A stretch of DNA of 31,039 bases from positions 1-31,039 of the forward strand of contig JAWOBF010000035.1 of NCBI GenBank assembly GCA_046498225.1, written 5' to 3'. Made by a program: the position numbers and the translations under genes. The number at the start of each line of letters is the position of its first letter. Position 1 is the stretch's first letter. Source of the DNA: Candidatus Aegiribacteria sp. (GTDB lineage Bacteria > Fermentibacterota > Fermentibacteria > Fermentibacterales > JCC-6). Below, in pieces: positions 18,148-26,675 of the stretch. The notes below the pieces were generated by a model. That model saw nothing but the letters and a program-made list of their open reading frames with translations. It had not been told where the DNA came from and ran no database searches.

Positions 18148-19169
18148 AGCTGCTTGTAACAGGCGGGGCGGGTTTCATCGGGAGCAACTTCACCAGGATG
18201 GTTCTCGGCCGGAAGCCCGGCTGGAGCGTGACGGTGCTGGACAAGCTCACCTACGCCGGAAGAAGGGAGAACCTGGAGGAAGTGGAGAACGACCCCCGGT
18301 TCAGCTTCGTCCACGGGGACATCTGCGACCCGGAAACGGTGGCCGGGGCCATCAGGGGATGTGACGCGGTGGTGAACTTCGCGGCCGAAACCCACGTGGA
18401 CAGGTCCATAGACGATGCCCTTTCCTTCGTCAGGACCGACATAGAGGGCGTCAGGGTTCTCCTGGAAGCTTTCAGGGAGGGCCGAAGGAAGATGTTCCTC
18501 CAGATTTCCACCGACGAAGTGTACGGCAGCGTCGAGGAGGGAAGGTCCGACGAGACCCACCGCCTTCAGCCAAGAAGCCCCTACGCCGCTTCAAAGGCCG
18601 GGGGAGAACTCCTGGCCATGAGCTACTGGACCACCTATGAGCTGCCCGTGGTGGTCTCCCGGGCATCCAACAATTACGGCCCATACCAGTACCCGGAGAA
18701 ACTCATACCGCTCTTTCTGACCAACGCCATGGACGGGGAGCCTCTTCCTCTGTACGGTGACGGACTCAACAGGAGGGACTGGCTGTACGTTGACGACCAC
18801 TGCCGGGCGCTGATAAGGATACTGGAGGACTCGGACCCGGGAAGGATCTACAACATCGGAGCAGGACAGGAGCACACCAACAGGGAGGTCACCGAACTGA
18901 TACTGGAGGCCACTGGCGCTGCCGAGAGCCTTGTTAGATATATTGAGGACCGTCCGGGACACGACCGCAGGTACGCGCTGGACGTGAGCCTGATCCGGGA
19001 GGAGCTTGGCTGGGAGGCCCGCACCGGTTTCAGGGAAGGGCTGAAGAGAACGGCGGAATGGTACCGCACCCACCGGAATTGGTGGGAGGGTATCAAATCC
19101 GGTGAATTCGCGGAGTACTACAGGTTGATGTACTCCGGGAGACTGAACAGTTCCAGGGAGAATCCATGA
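18144..19169 (+). CDS. rfbB: dTDP-glucose 4,6-dehydratase
   Basis: ATG at 18144. [55 protein letters not shown] and [10 protein letters not shown]. Confidence 0.95.
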   Translation: MKLLVTGGAGFIGSNFTRMVLGRKPGWSVTVLDKLTYAGRRENLEEVENDPRFSFVHGDICDPETVAGAIRGCDAVVNFAAETHVDRSIDDALSFVRTDIEGVRVLLEAFREGRRKMFLQISTDEVYGSVEEGRSDETHRLQPRSPYAASKAGGELLAMSYWTTYELPVVVSRASNNYGPYQYPEKLIPLFLTNAMDGEPLPLYGDGLNRRDWLYVDDHCRALIRILEDSDPGRIYNIGAGQEHTNREVTELILEATGAAESLVRYIEDRPGHDRRYALDVSLIREELGWEARTGFREGLKRTAEWYRTHRNWWEGIKSGEFAEYYRLMYSGRLNSSRENP

Positions 19170-20110
19170 GAATACTGGTCACCGGCGGAGCGGGCTTCAT
19201 TGGCAGCCATCTCTGCGACAGGCTGCTGGAGGAAGGCCATGAAGTGCTGGCCATGGACAACCTGATCACCGGTTCCACAGACAATATCGCCCACCTGGCC
19301 GGCAGGGATGGTTTCTCCTTCATTCATCATGACGTAACCAGCTACATCTTCGTCCAGGGGGAACTGGATTTCATCTTTCATCTCGCCTCCCCCGCCAGTC
19401 CGGCGGACTATCTCGCCTACCCCATCCAGACCCTCAAGGTGGGTTCGCTGGGGACGCACAAGGCCCTCGGGCTGGCCCTGGCCAAGGGAGCGGGTTTCAT
19501 TCTGGCTTCCACCAGCGAGGTGTACGGAGACCCTCTGGTCCACCCGCAGCCGGAAGATTACTGGGGAAACGTGAACCCGGTGGGACCCAGGGGGGTATAC
19601 GACGAGGCCAAGAGGTTCGCCGAAGCCATCACCTGCGCCTACAGACGGTACCACGGCCTGGACACCAGGGTCGCCAGGATTTTCAACACCTACGGTCCCA
19701 GGATGAGGGCTGACGACGGCAGGGTGGTGCCCTCATTCATCAACCAGGCCCTGGCCGGAAAGGATCTCACCGTCTATGGCGACGGCAGCCAGACTCGAAG
19801 TTTCTGTTACGTCTCCGATACCGTGGACGGTCTGGTAAGGCTCATGCTTTCCGATTTTCCCGGGCCGGTGAACATAGGCAACCCCTCCGAGATGACCATC
19901 GCCGAGTTTGCGGAATTCGTCCTGGATGCAGTAGATTCTTCCAGTTCCGTGGTCAACATGGATCTTCCGAAGGACGACCCCCAGGTCAGGAGACCTGACA
20001 TAACGCTGGCGATGAAGGAACTGGGCTGGGAGCCTGAGGTCGTCCTGGAGGAGGGAATGGCGAGAACCATAGAATTTTTCAGGGAGAGAAGGGCGGTTCC
20101 ATGCTCCTGA
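19166..20110 (+). CDS. UDP-glucuronic acid decarboxylase family (UDP-xylose synthase)
   Basis: [57 protein letters not shown] and [10 protein letters not shown]. Confidence 0.92.
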   Translation: MRILVTGGAGFIGSHLCDRLLEEGHEVLAMDNLITGSTDNIAHLAGRDGFSFIHHDVTSYIFVQGELDFIFHLASPASPADYLAYPIQTLKVGSLGTHKALGLALAKGAGFILASTSEVYGDPLVHPQPEDYWGNVNPVGPRGVYDEAKRFAEAITCAYRRYHGLDTRVARIFNTYGPRMRADDGRVVPSFINQALAGKDLTVYGDGSQTRSFCYVSDTVDGLVRLMLSDFPGPVNIGNPSEMTIAEFAEFVLDAVDSSSSVVNMDLPKDDPQVRRPDITLAMKELGWEPEVVLEEGMARTIEFFRERRAVPCS

Positions 20111-21249
20111 TACTTCTGGTCGTCATGGCCCAGAGCGCTCCACTTCCGGTGGGTCCCGCCCAGGACATTCCAGCCCCCGCCGGCGACGGCCAGGTCCTGG
20201 AACTGGCGGACAGGAATTCCTACCGCCTCGGTCCCGGGGACGTGGTGACCGTGGTCACGGCGGGCGGCTCCAGCCAGTATCTGATGAGTGCCGGGGTCAC
20301 GCCCTGGGCGGAGTACAGCGTGGGCGGCGACGGATATCTCTCGGTATCGGGAATAGGCGCGGTATCGGTGGAAGGTCTGACCATTGAGGAAGCTCAGGGG
20401 ACGCTTCAGCGGATGGCCGCGCGCTACTTCCCGTCCCTGGAAGTCACCCTTTCGCTCAAGGAGCCCAGAATGCTCCGGGTAAGCCTGGGCGGCATGGTCA
20501 ACCAGCCGGGCACTTACGTGCTTTCCGCTCTCAACCGGGTGTCCGACGCCCTGGAGATGGCGGGAGGGATATCCACCTTCGGTTCCAGATTGGGTGTGAT
20601 GTACACCGGCTCGGGGGACACGCTGGAAGTGGACCTTAACATGGTCCCGGGAACGATGAGCTTCAGGGCGGACCCTTTTCTGGTGAACAACGCGGACGTG
20701 ATAATGAGCGTCAGCCGGAATCCGGTATTCATACTCAGCGCTTCGCGAAGCATAGAGACCAGGGAGCTGGGTCCCGGCGAGGACATCGGCTCACTGCTTT
20801 CCAGGATGGGCGGAGTGACGGGCGACATCAACCTCAGGGGCAGCCGAATAATCAGGAACATGAACACCTACCCGATATGGACCGACAGCTCGGGATTCAA
20901 TGCGATGGCCCTGCAGCCGGGGGACACCGTGATGATAGTCACCATGCAGGACTCAGTGATAGTGGGGGGAGCGGTGTCCATTCCCGGTCCCGTGCCCTAC
21001 AACCCGGAGAACACCGTATACGATTACGTTATCTACGCCGGAGGCGGTCTGAGCACCACCGGTGGGGGCATCACCGTCCGGAGGAACGGCAGGAGTATCG
21101 ACTTCGAATGCGAGGTAAGGGAAGCGCACCTGCTTCCCGGGGACGTAGTTGACGTAAGCTACAGCTGGTTCGAGAAGAACGACGCCCTGATCTCCCTCAT
21201 CACCTCCGCCATATCCCTGGGCATAACCCTCTATACAGTGACGAAGTGA
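20101..21249 (+). CDS. Polysaccharide export protein (Wza/KpsD-like, PES plus SLBB domains)
   Basis: [35 protein letters not shown] repeats (GMVNQPGTY...[20 protein letters not shown]...DYVIYAGG), L.PGD motifs and a C-terminal amphipathic helix. Confidence 0.88.
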   Translation: MLLILLVVMAQSAPLPVGPAQDIPAPAGDGQVLELADRNSYRLGPGDVVTVVTAGGSSQYLMSAGVTPWAEYSVGGDGYLSVSGIGAVSVEGLTIEEAQGTLQRMAARYFPSLEVTLSLKEPRMLRVSLGGMVNQPGTYVLSALNRVSDALEMAGGISTFGSRLGVMYTGSGDTLEVDLNMVPGTMSFRADPFLVNNADVIMSVSRNPVFILSASRSIETRELGPGEDIGSLLSRMGGVTGDINLRGSRIIRNMNTYPIWTDSSGFNAMALQPGDTVMIVTMQDSVIVGGAVSIPGPVPYNPENTVYDYVIYAGGGLSTTGGGITVRRNGRSIDFECEVREAHLLPGDVVDVSYSWFEKNDALISLITSAISLGITLYTVTK

Positions 21250-21253
21250 CAGG

Positions 21254-22486
21254 ATGAGCAGGAGCATCGAGACCTCGTACGCCGGAAGATGGATAAGATC
21301 GGTGGCTTGCAGCCTCAGGAAGATAGCATTGCTCTGCCTGGTGGTGGCGGTGGCCTCCTCCATATACGCCCTGACCAGGAAGCAGATATGGACCGCGCAT
21401 GCGGTGGCCACGGTTCCCGGAGGTCAGCAGGCCCCGCTTGGACTGGGAGACCTGGGCGGCCTGGCCGGAGGACTTCTGGGAGACAACCTGCCCGGCATCG
21501 GAAGCGTAATGGGCATGGGAGGGTCCGAACTGCTGGACATGAACCTTGTTTTGCAGGTCCTCACCTCCAGGTCGGTCTTCGAGCGGATAATATTCAAGTA
21601 CGGCATGCTGGACGACATGAAGGTGCCCAGCATGGACATGGCGCTGGAAAAGTTCAACGAGTACGCCTCCGTAACTCTATCCCAGGAGGGTTTCTTCATA
21701 GTATCCATGAAGGCCGACAGCAGGGAGAAATCGGCGGCCATAGTCAACGACATGATAGAGTTCGCGAACCAGGAACTGTCCACCATCATCACCAGCAGGG
21801 CAAGGAGGAGCAGACTGGCGGCGGAGGAGCTTCTCAGGGCCGCCGAGGAATCCCTCACCATAGCCCAGAGCAACATGGAACAGTTCCGGGAGGAGACCGG
21901 TCTGCTGTTCCCCGAGGAGCAGGGCATCTCGTCGGTGCAGCTCCTGGCGACCCTGGAAACCGATATCATCCTGGCGGAATCCGAGCTGGCCGGCATCGGC
22001 GGCAGCATGTCCCCCTCCAGCCCGGCCTACCGCGAGATAAGCAGGAGGGTGGAGTACCTGAGGGGAAGCATGGAAGACAGGATCTCAGGAGACAGCATGG
22101 GCTTTTCCCCCGGCATGGACAGCATGCCGGCGATGCTGAGGGAATACGAGAACCTGGCCATAGACCTGGAGACCAGAAGGGCCATCTACCTGATGCTGAG
22201 GCAGGAGCTCGAATCGCTGAAGCTGGACGAGGCGAAGGACAGCCCATCCATAGAAGTCCTTGTCCCGGCTGTTCCCTCCGCCCTTCGCTCCCATCCCAAG
22301 CGGGCCAAGATAGTGGTGGGATATACCGCCCTGGCTCTGCTGGCCGCCCTTCTGTGGATAGCTGTGTTCACCTACGGCCGTCAGCTCCTGGAAGACCGAA
22401 GCACGGGCCCCTACTGGAAAGATGTCCTGCGAACCGCGGGCAGACAGCTATTCATCCTTCGGGGAAACAGGGGAAAGGACAACTGA
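21254..22486 (+). CDS. Wzz/GumC-type polysaccharide co-polymerase (chain-length regulator, no kinase domain)
   Basis: N- and C-terminal TM helices around a coiled-coil domain (LTSRSV, SAAIVN, EQFREE, LRQELESLKLDEA) and the Pro-rich IEVLVPAVPS...PKR motif before the last TM; no Walker A motif. Confidence 0.85.
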   Translation: MSRSIETSYAGRWIRSVACSLRKIALLCLVVAVASSIYALTRKQIWTAHAVATVPGGQQAPLGLGDLGGLAGGLLGDNLPGIGSVMGMGGSELLDMNLVLQVLTSRSVFERIIFKYGMLDDMKVPSMDMALEKFNEYASVTLSQEGFFIVSMKADSREKSAAIVNDMIEFANQELSTIITSRARRSRLAAEELLRAAEESLTIAQSNMEQFREETGLLFPEEQGISSVQLLATLETDIILAESELAGIGGSMSPSSPAYREISRRVEYLRGSMEDRISGDSMGFSPGMDSMPAMLREYENLAIDLETRRAIYLMLRQELESLKLDEAKDSPSIEVLVPAVPSALRSHPKRAKIVVGYTALALLAALLWIAVFTYGRQLLEDRSTGPYWKDVLRTAGRQLFILRGNRGKDN

Positions 22487-22493
22487 CGGAGGA

Positions 22494-23471
22494 TCAGGGT
22501 GCCGGACCCCTCTTCGGGCCGCATCGGAACAGGAACCTGCAGAAGTCCCTTTCCGACATTCTTTTCACTATCCTCACCAGTACCCATATGACGGTCCACG
22601 TGAAGATGACCCGGGCGAAGAGGACCCCGGATATATGGGCTCCCAGTGACATCATCAGCAGTGTGTCCTCCACGATGGCGTGTGAAAGCCCCATCAGCGA
22701 GATGGAGAAGAATACGTCACGCCGGGAGAGCCTGCCGCTCCTGACGTCCCTGATTATCAGCCCGCCCCCGTAGGATATACCCAGTACCATTCCCAGTATG
22801 GTGACCGTGGAGGCGGACCTTCCGATGCCCATGGAGGTGAGCACGGGGCCCAGCATCCTGTTCATCAGCCCGGTTATTCCGAGCCTGTCCAGGACCTTCA
22901 TAAGCACTATCAGCACCAGGACGATGAGGAAAATGGTGACCAGGTTCTGCAGCTGGGAAAGGGCCCAGCCACCCAGTCCGCGTCGGCCGGACGAGGCCTT
23001 CCAGAGTATGCTCCCCTCCCCCTGAAGCAGACCGCAAAGTGAGAAGATGGAGTTCAGCAGGAAACCCAGCAGCAGGGCGGACAGAAGGCGGAACGGGACC
23101 ATGAACCTTACCCGGACCCCGCTCTTCCTGGCTATGGTGGTCTCCACCGGCATGGAGTGCGCAACCAGGATCATGCAGGCTATCACCGTTATCTGGGCCG
23201 TGGTCATGTGGAGACCGGGGGCGATGGAAGCGAATATCACGATGCCGCCGTACATGTTGGTGATAACCGCCGTTGCCCATACCAGGCCCATCTCCCCCGG
23301 CAGGCCCACCAGGCTCATCAGGGGCTGGAAGCCGGCGGCGATGTATTTCACCAGCCCCAGTTCCCCCAGTATTTTGACGACGATGACCACCGGCACCATT
23401 ATCCTGAACAGGATGAAGCTTACTCCGGCGGCCTCCCTGACCTGCCTCCATATGGTGGACGGTATCGACAA
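22494..23471 (-). CDS. Nucleoside recognition (Gate) domain membrane protein
   Basis: Two repeated halves with Gate motifs (FQPLMSLVGLPGE; LGPVLTSMGIG...GMVLGISYGGGLI), AHSMPVE and SHAIVEDT. TTG start with AAGGGG upstream. Confidence 0.8.
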   Translation of the reverse strand: MSIPSTIWRQVREAAGVSFILFRIMVPVVIVVKILGELGLVKYIAAGFQPLMSLVGLPGEMGLVWATAVITNMYGGIVIFASIAPGLHMTTAQITVIACMILVAHSMPVETTIARKSGVRVRFMVPFRLLSALLLGFLLNSIFSLCGLLQGEGSILWKASSGRRGLGGWALSQLQNLVTIFLIVLVLIVLMKVLDRLGITGLMNRMLGPVLTSMGIGRSASTVTILGMVLGISYGGGLIIRDVRSGRLSRRDVFFSISLMGLSHAIVEDTLLMMSLGAHISGVLFARVIFTWTVIWVLVRIVKRMSERDFCRFLFRCGPKRGPAP

Positions 23472-23488
23472 AGCAACCCCCTTGGCGT

Positions 23489-23517
23489 TTCACGGAAGAT
23501 AAGCATTTTGGTATAAT
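23489..23517 (+). promoter_or_regulatory. Sigma70-type promoter for the CCA-adding enzyme gene
   Basis: TTCACG (23489-23494), a 17-bp spacer ending in TGn, then TATAAT (23512-23517). Confidence 0.7.
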
Positions 23518-23560
23518 CCGCATAGAAGCTCCGGTTTGACGGAAAGGGGAACAGCGGACC

Positions 23561-24949
23561 GTGGACGAACTCTTCCAGCTCTTCATGGAAAACGGCCACC
23601 AGCTCTACCTGGTGGGCGGCTGTGTTAGGGACAGCCTTCTGGGAAGGGATACCAGGGACTGGGACCTGGCCACCGACGCCAGGCCGGAGGTAAGCCTTGA
23701 ACTGCTGAGAGAAGCCGGCTACAGCGCGTACCCCGTAGGCATGGATTTCGGAACGGTGGGGGCCGTGGTGCTTACCGCTTCCGGCCCGGCGGACGTTCAG
23801 ATAACCACCTACAGGTGCAGCGAGAGCTACCACAAGGGCTCCCGCCATCCTGAGGTGGCATTCGGAACCAGCCTGGAGGAGGACCTGCTCCGCAGGGACT
23901 TCACGGTGAACGCAATGGCCATGGACCGGCGGGGGAAGGTGATAGACCCCCTGGGGGGAAGATTAGACCTGAAGGACCGGCTGCTCAGGACTCCCCTGGA
24001 CCCCGGGGAGACTTTCTGCGAGGACCCGCTCCGAATGCTCAGGGCGTTCCGCTTCGCCTGCACTCTGGGGTTCTCCATCGGGAAGGCCACCCTGGATGCC
24101 ATCTCCTCCAATCACTCGCGCATAATGGACATCTCCAGGGAGAGGTGGAAGATGGAGATGGACCTCCTGCTGACGGCGCCCGACCCGAAGGAGGTCTCCC
24201 GGGTGCTGGGCCTCATGAGGGACTCCGGCCTGCTCTCGGACCTCATTCCACACTTCGAGGAGGTCTTCCGCCTGGACCGGTTTCCACAGGGGAAGGCTCA
24301 CAGGGGTGACCTGTGGGAACACACCCTCGACGCCATGGCCATGGCCCCATCGGATGACGCCTGCCTCCGCTGGGCCCTGCTGCTGCACGATATCGGCAAA
24401 CCGTCCGCCAGGACTGCGGGAAAGGACGGAGAATTCCATTTCCATGGTCATGAGAACAGGGGCGGCGAAATAGCCGCCGAAGTGGCGGGTCGCTTCCGAT
24501 TCTCGAAGAAGGAACGGGCCTGTCTGGTCTTCCTCGTGAAGAATCACATGAGGCCGGTGCTCTACTCCGGAGAGTGGTCCCAAAGGGCGGTGAGAAAGCT
24601 GGCCCGTGACGCCGGTGAGCACCTGGAGCGGCTTCTGGACCTGGCCAGGGCGGACATGGCCTCCCACGCGGAACCATTCGCTTCGAGAGGGCTGGAAAAC
24701 CTCGAAGAACTCAGGGAAAGGCTTCGAAGCCGGGCCGCGGATGTCCATAGAAGGGTCCTTCCGAAGGAACTGGGAAACATTCTCATCAGAAGGGTGGGTT
24801 CGGACATCTCCCGGGCGCCCCAGGTGGGGCTGATACTTTCCAACCTGCGGGAGCTCGTCCATCAGGGCGTCCTGCAGGAGATGGCGCCGCCCGAAGTGTA
24901 CCTGAAATACCTGGAGGACCACCCGGAGATAATGCGGAAAGAGTGTTGA
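23561..24949 (+). CDS. cca: CCA tRNA nucleotidyltransferase (class II) with HD domain
   Basis: LYLVGGCVRD...DWDLAT, loop RCSESY...SRHPEV, EEDLLRRDFTVNAMA, EDPLRMLRAFRF, SRER, EHT...LLHDIGKP and FHGHE. Confidence 0.9.
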   Translation: MDELFQLFMENGHQLYLVGGCVRDSLLGRDTRDWDLATDARPEVSLELLREAGYSAYPVGMDFGTVGAVVLTASGPADVQITTYRCSESYHKGSRHPEVAFGTSLEEDLLRRDFTVNAMAMDRRGKVIDPLGGRLDLKDRLLRTPLDPGETFCEDPLRMLRAFRFACTLGFSIGKATLDAISSNHSRIMDISRERWKMEMDLLLTAPDPKEVSRVLGLMRDSGLLSDLIPHFEEVFRLDRFPQGKAHRGDLWEHTLDAMAMAPSDDACLRWALLLHDIGKPSARTAGKDGEFHFHGHENRGGEIAAEVAGRFRFSKKERACLVFLVKNHMRPVLYSGEWSQRAVRKLARDAGEHLERLLDLARADMASHAEPFASRGLENLEELRERLRSRAADVHRRVLPKELGNILIRRVGSDISRAPQVGLILSNLRELVHQGVLQEMAPPEVYLKYLEDHPEIMRKEC

Positions 24950-24973
24950 CAGCTGCCGGAACTTCATTATCTT
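24946..24973 (+). promoter_or_regulatory. Sigma70-type promoter of the tetR-RND operon
   Basis: Perfect TTGACA (24946-24951, overlapping the cca stop codon), a 16-bp spacer, then TATCTT (24968-24973). Confidence 0.7.
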
Positions 24974-24975
24974 TG

Positions 24976-24995
24976 TTGACCGAACGGTCAGTCAA
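24976..24995. promoter_or_regulatory. Palindromic TetR-family operator TTGACCGAACGGTCAGTCAA
   Basis: Contains the perfect inverted repeat TGACCG-AA-CGGTCA (24977-24990); the whole 20-mer is 16/20 self-complementary. It lies over the predicted transcription start, just upstream of tetR. Confidence 0.75.
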
Positions 24996-25014
24996 TTCCT
25001 GAAAAGGTGGGAAC

Positions 25015-25614
25015 ATGAGTACCAGGGACATCATTATGGACGCAGCGGAAAAGGTATTCGTCGCCAGCGGCTTCTCCGGGTCATCCATGAAAAGCATCGC
25101 GCGGGAGGCGGATGTGGCAAAGAGCCTTCTGTACCATTACTTCCCCTCCAAGAGGGAGTTGTGGAAGGAGGTCATCCACAGGCGTGTCCAGCAGGCGGGC
25201 CTTCCGGAGAAGCTCATCGAGACCGTGTCATCCGTGGTGAACGAGGGTCTGGACGCCGTCCGGCAGGGCAAGAAACACACCACATACTTCCAGTTCATGA
25301 TGGACAATCCCCAGTTCGTGAGAATGCTGGCCTGGCTCAACGCGGAACAGGCCTTTCCGCTCGATCCTCCGGTGCAGATGAGGGAGGAGGTCCTCAGCAG
25401 GCTGGAGGACCTTCAGCAGAGGGGGGTCTTCCGGGACGACATCGACCCCAGGATGTTCGTGGTATGCTTCATGGCCGTATGCGAGATGTGGTTCATGGCC
25501 GGAAGCAGGATATCGGCCTGGCTGGGCGAGGATATGGACACAGGGGAGAAGAGCAGGGAATACATGGACGCCGCCGGAAAGATACTCCTGGACGGAATGG
25601 CGGGTGGAAAATGA
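25015..25614 (+). CDS. TetR/AcrR family transcriptional regulator
   Basis: N-terminal HTH: IMDAAEKVFVASGFSGSSMKSIAREADVAKSLLYHYFPSKREL. Confidence 0.95.
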   Translation: MSTRDIIMDAAEKVFVASGFSGSSMKSIAREADVAKSLLYHYFPSKRELWKEVIHRRVQQAGLPEKLIETVSSVVNEGLDAVRQGKKHTTYFQFMMDNPQFVRMLAWLNAEQAFPLDPPVQMREEVLSRLEDLQQRGVFRDDIDPRMFVVCFMAVCEMWFMAGSRISAWLGEDMDTGEKSREYMDAAGKILLDGMAGGK

Positions 25615-26675
25615 GGGGCGTTCCGGCCCTCTGCGGCCTGTTCGTCCTTCTGCTGGCCGTGTCGTGCGGGAAGCCTGAGGAGGAAACGCAAGAGCCGGTC
25701 CCTGTGACCGTGAAAGTTGTGGAACCGGAGGTGATAACCGCCACGGTGGTAGTTCCATGCAGGCTGGAAGCCGGCCATGAGGCGGTGATACATCCCATGA
25801 ACCCCGGAAGAATAATGAAGGTCTTCGTGACCGAAGGTGATACCGTATCCGCAGGGGACGTTCTGGTGGAACTATCAACCGACCAGCAGTACACGGCCGC
25901 GGTTGCCGCTTCCGCGGCGCGTCTGCAGGCTGCCCGGGCCATGGCGGAGAACCGGAGAGCGGACCTGCGCAGGGCGGAAAGGCTCAGGTCCGGAGGCGCA
26001 ATGAGCCCCGGCGAGTACGAGATGGCCCTGTCCTCCGCCGAATCGGCGCAGGCGGCGGTGGAACAGGCCCGAACGGATTACGAAAGCGCCGGGAGCATGT
26101 CGGAAGGCGGCCGAATACTTGCCCCCTTCGACGGAACGGTGGCCAGGGTCTGGGCCAGGGAAGGACGGTTGTCCGAAGGCCCGCTGGTGTCCATGACCGG
26201 CCCCGGCATCCTTACCGCGGAGCTGCTTGTGGCCGAAAGGCACGTTCACCGTCTGGAGGAGGGACTTCCGGTAATATTCGAGACTTTCCATTATCCGGAC
26301 GAGCTCTTCCACGGAGAGATATCCTCCCACTCATCCTCTGTGGACCCGGTGTCCGGCCTGGTCCCGGTAAGGGTTCATCTGGCCGACAGCTCCGGGCGGC
26401 TTCGACCCGGAATGACCGGCACTTCCACCCTTGCTCTGGAGACATCCCGGGAAGCCGTGGTCCTTCCCATGCGAATGCTGCCGCGGGACGGCGACGGGAA
26501 CTGGACGGCGGTACTCCTGCGGGAAGGCCGCGCGGTCCTTGTCCCCGTGGAGACGGGGATCAGAAGCGGGGCGGCCCTGGAGGTAACCTCCGGCGTTGTA
26601 CCGGGCGATACCGTGATAGACATGGGCCATCATCTGGTCGCGGACGGCTCTCCCGTGAGGGTGGTGAGACGATGA
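25611..26675 (+). CDS. RND efflux periplasmic adaptor (membrane fusion lipoprotein)
   Basis: ATG at 25611; lipobox LAVS-C; GRIMKVFVTEGDTVSAGDVL lipoyl half, alpha-hairpin, ILAPFDGTV, LRPGM and VETG...EVTSGVVPGDTVI. Confidence 0.92.
   Translation: MRGVPALCGLFVLLLAVSCGKPEEETQEPVPVTVKVVEPEVITATVVVPCRLEAGHEAVIHPMNPGRIMKVFVTEGDTVSAGDVLVELSTDQQYTAAVAASAARLQAARAMAENRRADLRRAERLRSGGAMSPGEYEMALSSAESAQAAVEQARTDYESAGSMSEGGRILAPFDGTVARVWAREGRLSEGPLVSMTGPGILTAELLVAERHVHRLEEGLPVIFETFHYPDELFHGEISSHSSSVDPVSGLVPVRVHLADSSGRLRPGMTGTSTLALETSREAVVLPMRMLPRDGDGNWTAVLLREGRAVLVPVETGIRSGAALEVTSGVVPGDTVIDMGHHLVADGSPVRVVRR

Noticed and set aside
21289..22773. 494-aa alternative-frame ORF over the Wzz-like gene
   Set aside because: Low-complexity Gly/Arg/Pro/His translation typical of off-frame reading.
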